A DNA stretch of 46,051 bases. It comes from Verrucomicrobiota bacterium. GTDB lineage: Bacteria; Verrucomicrobiota; Verrucomicrobiia; Opitutales; T3Sed10-336. The stretch is taken from positions 1-46,051 of the forward strand of contig PXDC01000250.1 in NCBI GenBank assembly GCA_003565135.1, in the 5' to 3' direction. Below are positions 38,801 through 46,051 of this stretch, one piece after another. The position numbers were made by a program, and so were the translations under genes. Below the pieces are notes generated by a model. That model was not told the origin of the DNA, ran no database searches, and saw nothing but the letters and a program-made list of their open reading frames with translations. Every line of letters starts with the position of its first letter. The first letter of the stretch is position 1.

Positions 38801-39896
38801 GGTTGACCGGCACCACGTTCCCCTCGCTCTCGTACATGGCGTCGGGGATCAGGTTCTCGGTATCGTCGGTCACGGCCAGAAAATCGGTCACGTCGTCCCG
38901 GCCGGGCTGGTCGTTGAGAACCTCGCGGAGCAGGAAGTGGGCGTCGAGGGAAACGATGACCGAGGTCTCCTCGCCGCCGAGTTCGGAGGCGTGGGTGTAG
39001 CTGGCGTTGAAATCGACAAACTCCCCGGACAGCGACACGATCATGTCCCAGGCCCCCTTGCGGGCCTCCCCGGGCGGGATGTCGCCGAGATCGACCACGA
39101 GACTGGCGCGGTCGAGGGGCGAATCCATGACGCGGGCGCCCAGGAGCTGGGCGACCAGCGGAAGCTGCTGCTGGTTGTCGACGATTTTCGGCTGCTGCGA
39201 ATCGATCTGCAGCTCGCGCGCGGTGCCATAGCCCACGTTGCGCACCAGCACCCCGAGGGTGAAAGGAACGGGGCTTTCCACACGGTCGGTGAAGGGATCG
39301 TTGGCCTGGACATCGCGGGGGAGGAAGTAGGTGATGTCGAGCTGGGGTTCGGGCCGGACCGTGATCGTGTCCGGGAGGGCGAACATGTTTTCCCTCGGAA
39401 TCTCCACCCCGCCGAGTTTGCCGCCCAGGTCGCAACCGATCAGGTATTCGCGTCCCCGGGGATCGGTCCCGCCGGCGTCGATGGTCGGGATGATGAACCA
39501 GCGGATGACGGCCGTGCGGGTGGGCTGGATGACGCCGTCGCCGTCCACCCGGTTGACAAACTGCAGCTCGGGATCGCGGACAAAAAAGAGGTCCGAGGCA
39601 TCGCTGCCGTCCTCCGGATCTTTAAAGGTCAGCTCGGCAAAGAAATCGGTAATCGCGTCTTCCCCCGCATTGTTGGTGACCTCCAGGGTCGCCTCGAAGC
39701 CGATACGCTCCAGGGTCAATTCCTGCTCGATCTCGATCCGCGCCTGCGCGCACCACCCCTGGAACTGTTGCTGGGCGTCCGCCAGGGGGGACGCGACGAG
39801 CAGCACCGCCAGCCAACCGGGCCGCCGGTACCATTTTCCGACTCCCCGGCCAAGGGTTCGCAATCCAAATTCCACCATAAACGCTATCGTACTCAT
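35892..39896 (-). CDS. large secreted protein: Ig/CARDB-like modules, OmpL47/chitobiase-C-like module, FlgD-Ig-like module, seven-blade beta-propeller
   Basis: 1334-aa ORF with a signal peptide (WLAVLLVASPLADA). DIYFIAEDDSPVSMYYRIDGG...YYSEDAFGNEE. VVFEWDGRDDDGILLPEGWYTVKVTLSDG. Seven repeats of about 45 aa of the type h-VWQ-x-R-x5-7-I-h-x-x-DL. The start overlaps the giant ORF stop as ATGA. Confidence 0.8.
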   Translation of the reverse strand: MSTIAFMVEFGLRTLGRGVGKWYRRPGWLAVLLVASPLADAQQQFQGWCAQARIEIEQELTLERIGFEATLEVTNNAGEDAITDFFAELTFKDPEDGSDASDLFFVRDPELQFVNRVDGDGVIQPTRTAVIRWFIIPTIDAGGTDPRGREYLIGCDLGGKLGGVEIPRENMFALPDTITVRPEPQLDITYFLPRDVQANDPFTDRVESPVPFTLGVLVRNVGYGTARELQIDSQQPKIVDNQQQLPLVAQLLGARVMDSPLDRASLVVDLGDIPPGEARKGAWDMIVSLSGEFVDFNASYTHASELGGEETSVIVSLDAHFLLREVLNDQPGRDDVTDFLAVTDDTENLIPDAMYESEGNVVPVNHLQQAEVVRDLDQDRTAVVGVQTDFENWGYIRVDDPGQDRYDIDKVVRSDGKELNPHNTWTSYRYERPTNRRLEYLHVFDFVELGQYYEYTVHYAATEEDTDPPVTGIYFAGDYTVADDGTVYVTRDTDIYFIAEDDSPVSMYYRIDGGDFQPAIPFSLDEPGTYLIEYYSEDAFGNEEELNAATVVLPGAAPGFAEFDSEPMVVTLSGDSLSVRPDRAAIAFEAEAAPVPLEAVAEVYAGVVAWPVLEGVPPTPTPRDHAEIAVSGAHADFYRYRVDGGEWSEERAVSDPLVLEDLSGSVALEVLARHHSGPYLPEEEALAVSWTVSGDAHEFDLAGLPATPSHEERPVITVEGPEDLDLFRWTLNESFFRPEAPVGESFEPGPLDPGEQRLDLLGERGGEWQSIDSPTRYTWTYDPSYGSDLETLTLVRTESLGDVGGQSVVFEWDGRDDDGILLPEGWYTVKVTLSDGVGHDRFATRLVRIGNLTAESELLASVSAAGRHPSARGGRAVWQARPEGQWRIFAGDLTAESGAAELLDSGERPHTDGRYAVWQKRRSDGGWDIWMADLEAGTAPERLTDDASLRQTRPIVDYPWVVWQSRPAGDSSAPEILVARDLETGETAEVYPGPADQVEAAIHAGRVVWRDQRDVGPGEIYFADLESGERRRITGIIDGQYHPAIFGHWIVWQDTRDGVVQISGFDLLRDEELRLTDSAHNQTRPYLQGYWMIVEEDSAGPESANFVLHNLESGNSVPLTNSLSAKRRAGLAGGHLVWEEDSGGSTEVRTAELPALQPVFQNRNAVVVTATLADRFGGAFALLESWRQAAGVESVKRYHSLAPEVVTEVAVWDDAAGAPSGEDFALVAGDFLWMRFDQSRLLDLGDRAREAVDFEAGINALGYSAFPAGYRVSDLVAQIGGDNVNAVRLLDAYSGQWRAVEVEDGSLVGPDFPIPEVALLLVELAGPVSGWKPE

Positions 39897-42800
39897 TGTT
39901 CGCTCACCTCCTGTCCTCCTTCGAGGTCGATAAACAGGCCGCCGCAGAGGTCCTCGGCGAGGATGCCGTCAGCGAAGAAGGCCCGCTCTCCGGTAACCTG
40001 GAAATTGTAAACGGTATGGGTTCCCTCGATACGCTCGTTGGCCACCACGCGCCAGAACCGGCGCTCGGAATCGGTCAGCCAGTCGCCTTCATCGAGGGAG
40101 TCGACAAAGCGCCAGCCTTCGCCGTCGACCCAGAGTCGGTGCTCGCCGGTGACCCGGAGCTCCCGGGTTTCCTCCCCCCCGACGGCCACCAGTCGCAGAT
40201 GCCGCAGGTTCTCCGATTCCAATTCGTAGGCCTTGCTGACCTCGGCGTAGGCACCGTTGATGCCGGTACCGGTGCGCACGAGGTCGCCGCGGGTGATCGT
40301 TTCGATGGGCCGGCGGGCGCCGTCGGCCATGAGCACCTCGGTACCCGCGGGAAAGCACCCGTCCCCGCCCTGTTGGAAGGGAGACGGCGTCCGGCTCCCC
40401 GGCGGGCCTGAAGAACGGCTTCCCGGACCCGGCATTCCGCCGAAGAACGACTGCGTGGCGCAGCCGATCAGCTCGCCCAGCGCCTGGCCGGCCATTTCGG
40501 CAAAGTCGAGGACACTGGTCGGAATATCCCGCGCGGCCATGATCCCGCTTGCCGCGGCCAGGCCGACGGCGGCGGCCGTACCCAGATTTCCGGTACGCTG
40601 ACTGACGTACTCGCCCTGGGCCGCCATGTCGGCGATGGCGCGAATGCCCTCGGCAAAATCGGCGGTACTGGTCGCCCCGCAGGACGTATCGAGTCCTGGC
40701 ACCAGGGGGACCGCCTCCGGATCGCTGCCCGCATCCGCTTCCAGGGCGAGCGCAGTGGGTTCGGGTTCCCCGTTCCCGCCGAAATCCTCCGCCACCCGGA
40801 GACGGGCCGGAATCTCCACCCGTTGCTCGGGGCCGAGTTCCGGAATGTACTCGATCAGGGGCCGCACGGTCAGCACTCCCGAGCTGGTTCCGGTAATATC
40901 GATGTCACTGACCTTGATCAGGCCCTCGTTCCGCAGTTCGTAGGTAATGGTGGTCTCGAAGCCCGGCTCGACGTTTTCGAACTCGTGCATGGGCGGCGTC
41001 ATGACCAGCACCGGGGCGGGCACCCGGGTTTCGAAGGTCTGCTCGAGCACGATGTCGTACCGGTCGGTAAACGGCACGGGCACGACGTTGAAGCGGACGG
41101 TCACCAGGCTTCGGTCGAGGATGGGCTGGACCGGCACGACCTGGTCGGGCACCACCTCCACCGTACCGGCCCGGCCGGAATGGCCCGACGCGGTGACCTG
41201 CCAGGACCACTGCCCTTCCTGGAGATCCTCCACCAGGAGCTCGCCCTCGGCATCGGTGCGGTAGGGACCGCGCTCGATGTTGTTGGTGGTGCTGCGGAGT
41301 CGGATGGAGGCGTTGGGCACGGCCTGTTCGACGATGTTCTCCACCTGGAAAAGAACGTCGCCCTCAAGATCGGAAGTGATCTGGGCGAAGAGGTTCACCT
41401 CGAAATCCCCCACCGCGTTATCGCCGGTGACCAGGATCACGTCGTCGTAGAAACCGAGGTCGACGTCGTCGGACGGCAGGTAGACAACCTGGAAGGAGAA
41501 AGAGTCGCCGACGGCGAGGTCGGGGAGGTGGGCGTAACCGTCGTCCTCCACCGGAAGGTTGATATGCATCCAGTCAATTTCCTGGGGAGGCCGCAGCCGG
41601 ACGCCCTCCAGAGACCGCAGGCCGTCGTTTTCGATGACCACCTCGCGGCTGCGCTGATCGCCCCGGTCGATGGAGAGGTCGACGTACCCGGCCGTGGGAC
41701 GGGCCACGCTGAGGATGGGGATGGCGGGAAGCAGCGTCAGTTCGCCCTCGAAGCGGGTGGTGGCGCCCTCGGCCGTACGGAAGGCAAACTCCGCCATGGC
41801 GTAATCGGGCGCGTCGTCCGCGGCCTCAAGTTGCAGGGTCACACGGCTGCGGGAGGAGGCCGGCAATGCGTCGGGGGCGCCAAGCAATTGACCGGTAACG
41901 GTGTCGATTTCGGATTCCACCGGCTCCCCGGTCCCCGGGTCCATCTCCACTACCCAGGCGCGGAAGGAATCGAGCTCGAAGCCTTCGAGAGGCACGTCCC
42001 CGGGGTTGTTCATGCGGATATCGAAGTCCATCGTATCATTCTTGGACATACGGATATTCCCGCGCCCCGGATTCGAATAGATTCGGTGGATGGTGACCTC
42101 GGCCTGGTTGAGGACGTCGACGACGTCGGGGTGGGCGGCCCAGAAGGAAATGGTTCCGGAGAAGCCGGGGAAGGGATCGTAGGGAAACGCAAAGTTGCCC
42201 TCGGCATCGGTCTCGATTTCCTCGAACCAGGTGTACCCGCGGGCGGAGAATCCGATGCGCAGCGTCGTTCCCGGCCGCGGTTCCCCGGTCTCGCGGTCGA
42301 CGGCGCTGCCGCTGAGCGGTATGGTGGCGTCGTTGGCAAAGGTATCCCCGTCGACCTGGAGTTTACCGAAGTACTCGGTCTCGGTCAGGGTGGTTTCCAT
42401 GGTTCCCGAGATCGGACCGGAAACCCGCTCCCGCGACGTGCCGATCCCGTTGTAAAGGGTGGGCGCCTCTACCCGGATGGTCGCCTGGCCCTCTTCGCTG
42501 AGCCCTTCCGGGACGAGAATATCGAGAAAGGTCCCCTCCCGCGATTCCCCCGGAGGAATCCGCAGGTAGCCGCGCCCGTCGGACGTGAATTCGAGACCGG
42601 AGATCGCCCGGTCGAAGGACGCCCCGCTGACCGCTTCGCCGAAGCGGTCGAGGACGGTGAGCTCCAGTTCCCCCGGTTCCCCGCCGAAGGCCTCGACCAC
42701 GACGACTTCGGCGTCGGCATAGCCGCGGTTGTGGATACGGGCACGGAACTCGTTGAGACCCCCGGCCAGGGGAACGCTCGGCGCGGAGACGGAAATCCGG

Positions 42801-45800
42801 GTCGGGGGCGAGCGGTAGTCGGAATAGGTCCGGTCGAAGAGGTACCGGGCAGAGGAAATCCCGTCGTCCGACTCCTGCTTGACCTCGACGGTGAACAAGT
42901 GTCCGCCGGACAAGCGGGTCACGGCCGGGTAAGGGAGACTCCAGACGCCGTCCCCGTACGCGGGGACCGTTTCCGAAACGTCGATTCCCTCCTCATGGGT
43001 GCCGGTCGTGGCGTGGGTCCGGCGCACGAGCGCTTCGGTGACCGGCCACGCTTCGTCGGCACGGTTAACCGCGCGGATCTCGTACCGGTCGAAATAGCTG
43101 CCCATCAGGGACCGCTCCTGACCGTCGGCATCCGGATTGATGCGCAGGTCGAGCTCCACCGGGTAGACGGTAACCGGGCGGGCCGCGCTCTCGCGGTCCT
43201 GGTCGTCGATGGCCCGCACGGTGTAGACGGTGAGGTCGTCCTCGACGAGGTCGGGATCCTGAAAGTGCTGCTGGGTAAGCGGGTCGCCGGTCAATTGCTC
43301 GCCGTCGCGGTAGACGTGGAAACCCACGGCCGCGTCGTCGGGCGAGTCCCACTGGAGAAGGGGTCCGAGTCCCGGTTCGACAGTAGCAACCAGATCGGTC
43401 ACGGCGCCGACAAAGAGCTCGATCGTCACCGGATCGCTGAGGTTCTCATTGCCGACCTGGTCGACCGAGGCGACCGCGTAGCTGATGACGCCCCGGGGCG
43501 GATGATCGGAGATTTCACGCGGTGTCGTCGTTGTTCGGATGACTTCGCCGTCACGGTACACGCGGTATTGGTGCGGGACGTCCCCTTCCGAGGGGGCGTC
43601 CCAGTTGATGCGGACACCGGTTTCGCCGAGTTCAACGGTGACGTTCTCGGGCTTTTCCGGGGGAGTCCGGTCGGACTGGGTCACAAGCATGGGCGAAGGA
43701 TCGCTCTCCGCTCCCTGACGATCGGCGGTGACAACGTAGCGGTAGATCCCGTCCTCGGGCGGGAGATCCAGGTATTCGAGGTCGTCGAGACCGGAAACAA
43801 TACGCGTCTCCGGCGGCTGGATACCGTCGCCGGCTTCGCGGTACAAGTGATAAACCTCAGCTTTGTTCGAGGCGGACCAGGAGACGCGGATGTAGCCCCC
43901 GGGGAGGATTTCTCCGGCGATCTCCAGCGGCCGGTCGGGAGGAGGCGGGGTGTCGCCGGTATAAATCTCGAGCTCCTCTCCCTCGGTGACACGTGTGCCC
44001 TCGTTGCCGAGTGGGTCGACCGTCTGGAGATTGAAATACCCGATCCCGGTACCCATCGATTCCTCCAGCACCAGCTCCCCGGACCACGAGGTCCCGCTGC
44101 CGGAAAGATCGAGGGAAACCTCGGACGCACCCGGCGGGTCGAAGGCCAGGGAGGGCGGAGCCCCCTGCGGTGCCGGCTTGCTGAGTTCGAGTTCCACCTC
44201 GATCGCGATTCCCTCCTCCGGAATCGCTACCGGAGGCGCGGCGTCGACCGTCACAATACCGGTGGGACGGGTGAGGTCAAAGACGAGCGGGTTGCCCTCC
44301 GGCGATCCCGAAAACGTGTTGCCGAAAAGGTCGGTGCCGCTCACACGCACCACCGCTTCTCCAGACGAGGCGGAAAGGTCGTTCACCTGGTAGGTGCCGG
44401 CATATCGGTTCGTGCCGTCGGCGGTAAGCGATACGGCCACCGGCTGGGAGAAACCCTCCGGCCGGATGGTCAGGCTCGGGGTGCCGTCCAGGGGTTCGCC
44501 GGCCTGAAGAGTGATCCCCAGTTCGCCCGGACCCACCGGCATGGGAAGGTCGTAGGACACCGTAAAGTCCGGCGGCGTGGTGTTGAGGGTGACCGACTTG
44601 ACGTTGGAAAGGCCGCTGACGTTACCCGCCGCATCGAACCCGACCACGGCGATCCCGTACTCGCCGTCGGGCAGGTCTTCGAGGAAGTAGCGGGTGGTGG
44701 CGAGCAGGTCCGTTTCGCCTTCCGCATCGGCATACGACTCGAGGGAATCCTCGCTCCAGACAATGCGGAACGCGGTCGCGCGTTTGCCATCATCGGCGAA
44801 ACGCCACCGGACTTCGACGCCGAGATCGCGGTCGAACTCGACGACTTCGAGAATCGCCGGTGCGGGCGGGACGGTGTCCCGCCTGACCGTGACCGGCGAC
44901 GAGGAGATCGATCCGGCCGGATCGCTCACGCGGACGACGAATTCGTTGCTTCCCTCGACCAGGGGAACGTCGCTGAAAAGGAAGGTGCCGTCGGCAAGCG
45001 CCTGACCTTCGGCCACCGTGCTGGCATTGCGGCGCAGGCGGACCGGGGCGTCCGGTTCGGCGGTTCCGGACACGTCGACGTCGCCATCCGCGGTGATCAG
45101 GCCATCGGCCGGCGCGGCGATCACCGGCCGGGCCGGCGGCTGGGGGCGGACGAGGACATTGACCTCGCGCGCGGTCACGTTACCCGCGGCATCGACCGCC
45201 TCGAGCGCCACGCGGTAGAGGTCCTCCTCCATTTCGCGAATGTCCCAGGTTCCGGAAAGCGGGGAGGATGCCGACTGCAGGACCGTTTCACCGTTCACCG
45301 TGAACGCGAGTGAAACGAGGCCGAGTTCGGCCTCGGCCGCACCGGTCACGTCGATCGGCCGGTTGATTTCGTCGCCGTCAGCCAGGCTGAATGCGGTGAT
45401 TTCGGGCCCGCCGGTGACGTACTCGATGTCGAGGGTAAGGGTTTCGCTGATGACGCCGGTCGATCCGAGGAACTGAACGTAGACCGTTTTGAAACCGCCG
45501 GTATCGGAGAGTTCGAACCGCTGCTCGATGGGGGCGGCGGCGTAGAGGTCATCGCTGCCCGGGTCGGTGTCGATATCGACAAACGGCACGCCGACAAAGG
45601 CCGAGTCCTCGCTGGCGCGGAAGGCGACGGCATTGGCGGAGGCGAACACGAGATCGATTTCGGGATTGCCGACACGGACCACGCCGTCCGCGGTGCGAAC
45701 GTCCGGATAAAGCACCGGCTCATCGTCCAGGGGCTCTCCCGCGTCGACCGGTCCGGAAAGACCGTCGGCAATGCCACCGGTGTCGTCGGTCCCCCACCAG

Positions 45801-46051
45801 TTCCCGCGTGCGTCGACAAGGGATCCCTCCCCGACGGTTGCGTTTAGGGTGTTCCGCTTGAGAACGGATTGGTTGATTTCGAGAGTCGAACCGCCGGACA
45901 CCTCGGCCCCGGTGTCATTAAAAATCAGGTACGCGCCCTCCGTAACAAGAGTGGCGCCGCCTTGCAGGGAGAGCCCGGCCGGGCTGTTGTGGGTCGCGCG
46001 CAACCCGGTGATTTCGGGCGAATCGGTTCCGTCGAGGGTCAGGCCCCCGCC
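39893..46051 (-). CDS. giant secreted adhesin-like protein, 5'-truncated by the window edge, ending in a Hint (Hedgehog/intein-like) domain
   Basis: The reading frame stays open to position 46051, so the TTG at 46003 in the track is not the real start. The visible part has a beta-helix end (..GNWWG..) and many Ig/FN3-like modules, including three tandem FN3 units with (Y/F)H(L/V)YR(E/D)G-type cores around 43150-43930. It also has carboxypeptidase-regulatory-like modules (IRLRSTTNNIERGPYRTDAEGELLV) and a C-terminal GDG-CFPAGTEVLMADG...VTGEH Hint domain. Confidence 0.85.
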   Translation of the reverse strand, partial: GGGLTLDGTDSPEITGLRATHNSPAGLSLQGGATLVTEGAYLIFNDTGAEVSGGSTLEINQSVLKRNTLNATVGEGSLVDARGNWWGTDDTGGIADGLSGPVDAGEPLDDEPVLYPDVRTADGVVRVGNPEIDLVFASANAVAFRASEDSAFVGVPFVDIDTDPGSDDLYAAAPIEQRFELSDTGGFKTVYVQFLGSTGVISETLTLDIEYVTGGPEITAFSLADGDEINRPIDVTGAAEAELGLVSLAFTVNGETVLQSASSPLSGTWDIREMEEDLYRVALEAVDAAGNVTAREVNVLVRPQPPARPVIAAPADGLITADGDVDVSGTAEPDAPVRLRRNASTVAEGQALADGTFLFSDVPLVEGSNEFVVRVSDPAGSISSSPVTVRRDTVPPAPAILEVVEFDRDLGVEVRWRFADDGKRATAFRIVWSEDSLESYADAEGETDLLATTRYFLEDLPDGEYGIAVVGFDAAGNVSGLSNVKSVTLNTTPPDFTVSYDLPMPVGPGELGITLQAGEPLDGTPSLTIRPEGFSQPVAVSLTADGTNRYAGTYQVNDLSASSGEAVVRVSGTDLFGNTFSGSPEGNPLVFDLTRPTGIVTVDAAPPVAIPEEGIAIEVELELSKPAPQGAPPSLAFDPPGASEVSLDLSGSGTSWSGELVLEESMGTGIGYFNLQTVDPLGNEGTRVTEGEELEIYTGDTPPPPDRPLEIAGEILPGGYIRVSWSASNKAEVYHLYREAGDGIQPPETRIVSGLDDLEYLDLPPEDGIYRYVVTADRQGAESDPSPMLVTQSDRTPPEKPENVTVELGETGVRINWDAPSEGDVPHQYRVYRDGEVIRTTTTPREISDHPPRGVISYAVASVDQVGNENLSDPVTIELFVGAVTDLVATVEPGLGPLLQWDSPDDAAVGFHVYRDGEQLTGDPLTQQHFQDPDLVEDDLTVYTVRAIDDQDRESAARPVTVYPVELDLRINPDADGQERSLMGSYFDRYEIRAVNRADEAWPVTEALVRRTHATTGTHEEGIDVSETVPAYGDGVWSLPYPAVTRLSGGHLFTVEVKQESDDGISSARYLFDRTYSDYRSPPTRISVSAPSVPLAGGLNEFRARIHNRGYADAEVVVVEAFGGEPGELELTVLDRFGEAVSGASFDRAISGLEFTSDGRGYLRIPPGESREGTFLDILVPEGLSEEGQATIRVEAPTLYNGIGTSRERVSGPISGTMETTLTETEYFGKLQVDGDTFANDATIPLSGSAVDRETGEPRPGTTLRIGFSARGYTWFEEIETDAEGNFAFPYDPFPGFSGTISFWAAHPDVVDVLNQAEVTIHRIYSNPGRGNIRMSKNDTMDFDIRMNNPGDVPLEGFELDSFRAWVVEMDPGTGEPVESEIDTVTGQLLGAPDALPASSRSRVTLQLEAADDAPDYAMAEFAFRTAEGATTRFEGELTLLPAIPILSVARPTAGYVDLSIDRGDQRSREVVIENDGLRSLEGVRLRPPQEIDWMHINLPVEDDGYAHLPDLAVGDSFSFQVVYLPSDDVDLGFYDDVILVTGDNAVGDFEVNLFAQITSDLEGDVLFQVENIVEQAVPNASIRLRSTTNNIERGPYRTDAEGELLVEDLQEGQWSWQVTASGHSGRAGTVEVVPDQVVPVQPILDRSLVTVRFNVVPVPFTDRYDIVLEQTFETRVPAPVLVMTPPMHEFENVEPGFETTITYELRNEGLIKVSDIDITGTSSGVLTVRPLIEYIPELGPEQRVEIPARLRVAEDFGGNGEPEPTALALEADAGSDPEAVPLVPGLDTSCGATSTADFAEGIRAIADMAAQGEYVSQRTGNLGTAAAVGLAAASGIMAARDIPTSVLDFAEMAGQALGELIGCATQSFFGGMPGPGSRSSGPPGSRTPSPFQQGGDGCFPAGTEVLMADGARRPIETITRGDLVRTGTGINGAYAEVSKAYELESENLRHLRLVAVGGEETRELRVTGEHRLWVDGEGWRFVDSLDEGDWLTDSERRFWRVVANERIEGTHTVYNFQVTGERAFFADGILAEDLCGGLFIDLEGGQEVSEQ

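Noticed and set aside
39740-39760. WCAQ near the mature N-terminus of the 1334-aa protein as a thioester-domain (TED) Cys motif
   Set aside because: The partner Gln motif (hydrophobic-Q-x-hydrophobic-hydrophobic-W) is absent downstream. The resemblance is limited to four residues.
40823-45313. 1496-aa plus-strand ORF (and the 747-aa ORF at 37767-40010) antisense to the giant genes
   Set aside because: The translations are Gly/Arg/Pro/Val-rich and low in complexity, with no motifs. They lie exactly opposite strongly coding, domain-rich minus-strand ORFs. Stop-free antisense frames are expected in GC-rich, GC3-biased genes.
46001-46003. TTG at 46003 as the start of the giant ORF; similarly the TTG or GTG track starts at 3808, 26531, 30848, 33169 and 25289
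   Set aside because: The giant frame is open through 46051, so the gene continues beyond the window. For the others, a nearby ATG gives canonical N-termini or removes overlaps.

Overview
GC-rich bacterial chromosomal window. I recognised no rRNA, tRNA, CRISPR array, transposase or integrase. All functional calls come from motifs read by eye in the ORF translations; no database search was possible. Positions 1-32.3 kb are tightly packed housekeeping and carbohydrate-related genes. These are dprA, transaldolase, a TIM-barrel sugar isomerase, a PfkB kinase, an FAH-family hydrolase, queE-queC, RNase D, an LbH transferase-like protein, an M50 protease and a GT2 glycosyltransferase. They continue with a TlpA-like lipoprotein, a DUF1961-like protein, a phosphodiester glycosidase, and an AraC-associated PhyH dioxygenase/GNAT/deacetylase cluster. 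Then come a FucI-like isomerase, an MBL hydrolase, a TPR protein, a rhomboid protease, the rplM-rpsI-argC-argJ-argB-argD-TVP38 gene string, and a CE15-like esterase. The right-hand 13.7 kb (32363-46051, minus strand) is different. It holds five export-signal-bearing ORFs, three of them joined by ATGA start/stop overlaps. The first is a giant ORF of more than 2036 aa that runs off the window and ends in a Hedgehog/intein-type Hint domain. It is followed by a 1334-aa protein with a seven-blade propeller and an FlgD-Ig-like module, then a cysteine-free double-rhodanese lipoprotein. The last two are a 612-aa secreted protein and a PEP-CTERM protein. I do not recognise this combination as a described system, and it is the main candidate for novelty. 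PEP-CTERM and the recurring C-terminal module suggest a PVC-group (Verrucomicrobiota-like) organism, but that is inference. Many long ORFs in the supplied track are antisense shadow frames typical of GC-rich DNA, and several listed starts are TTG/GTG artefacts. I trimmed starts where an ATG with better context exists.
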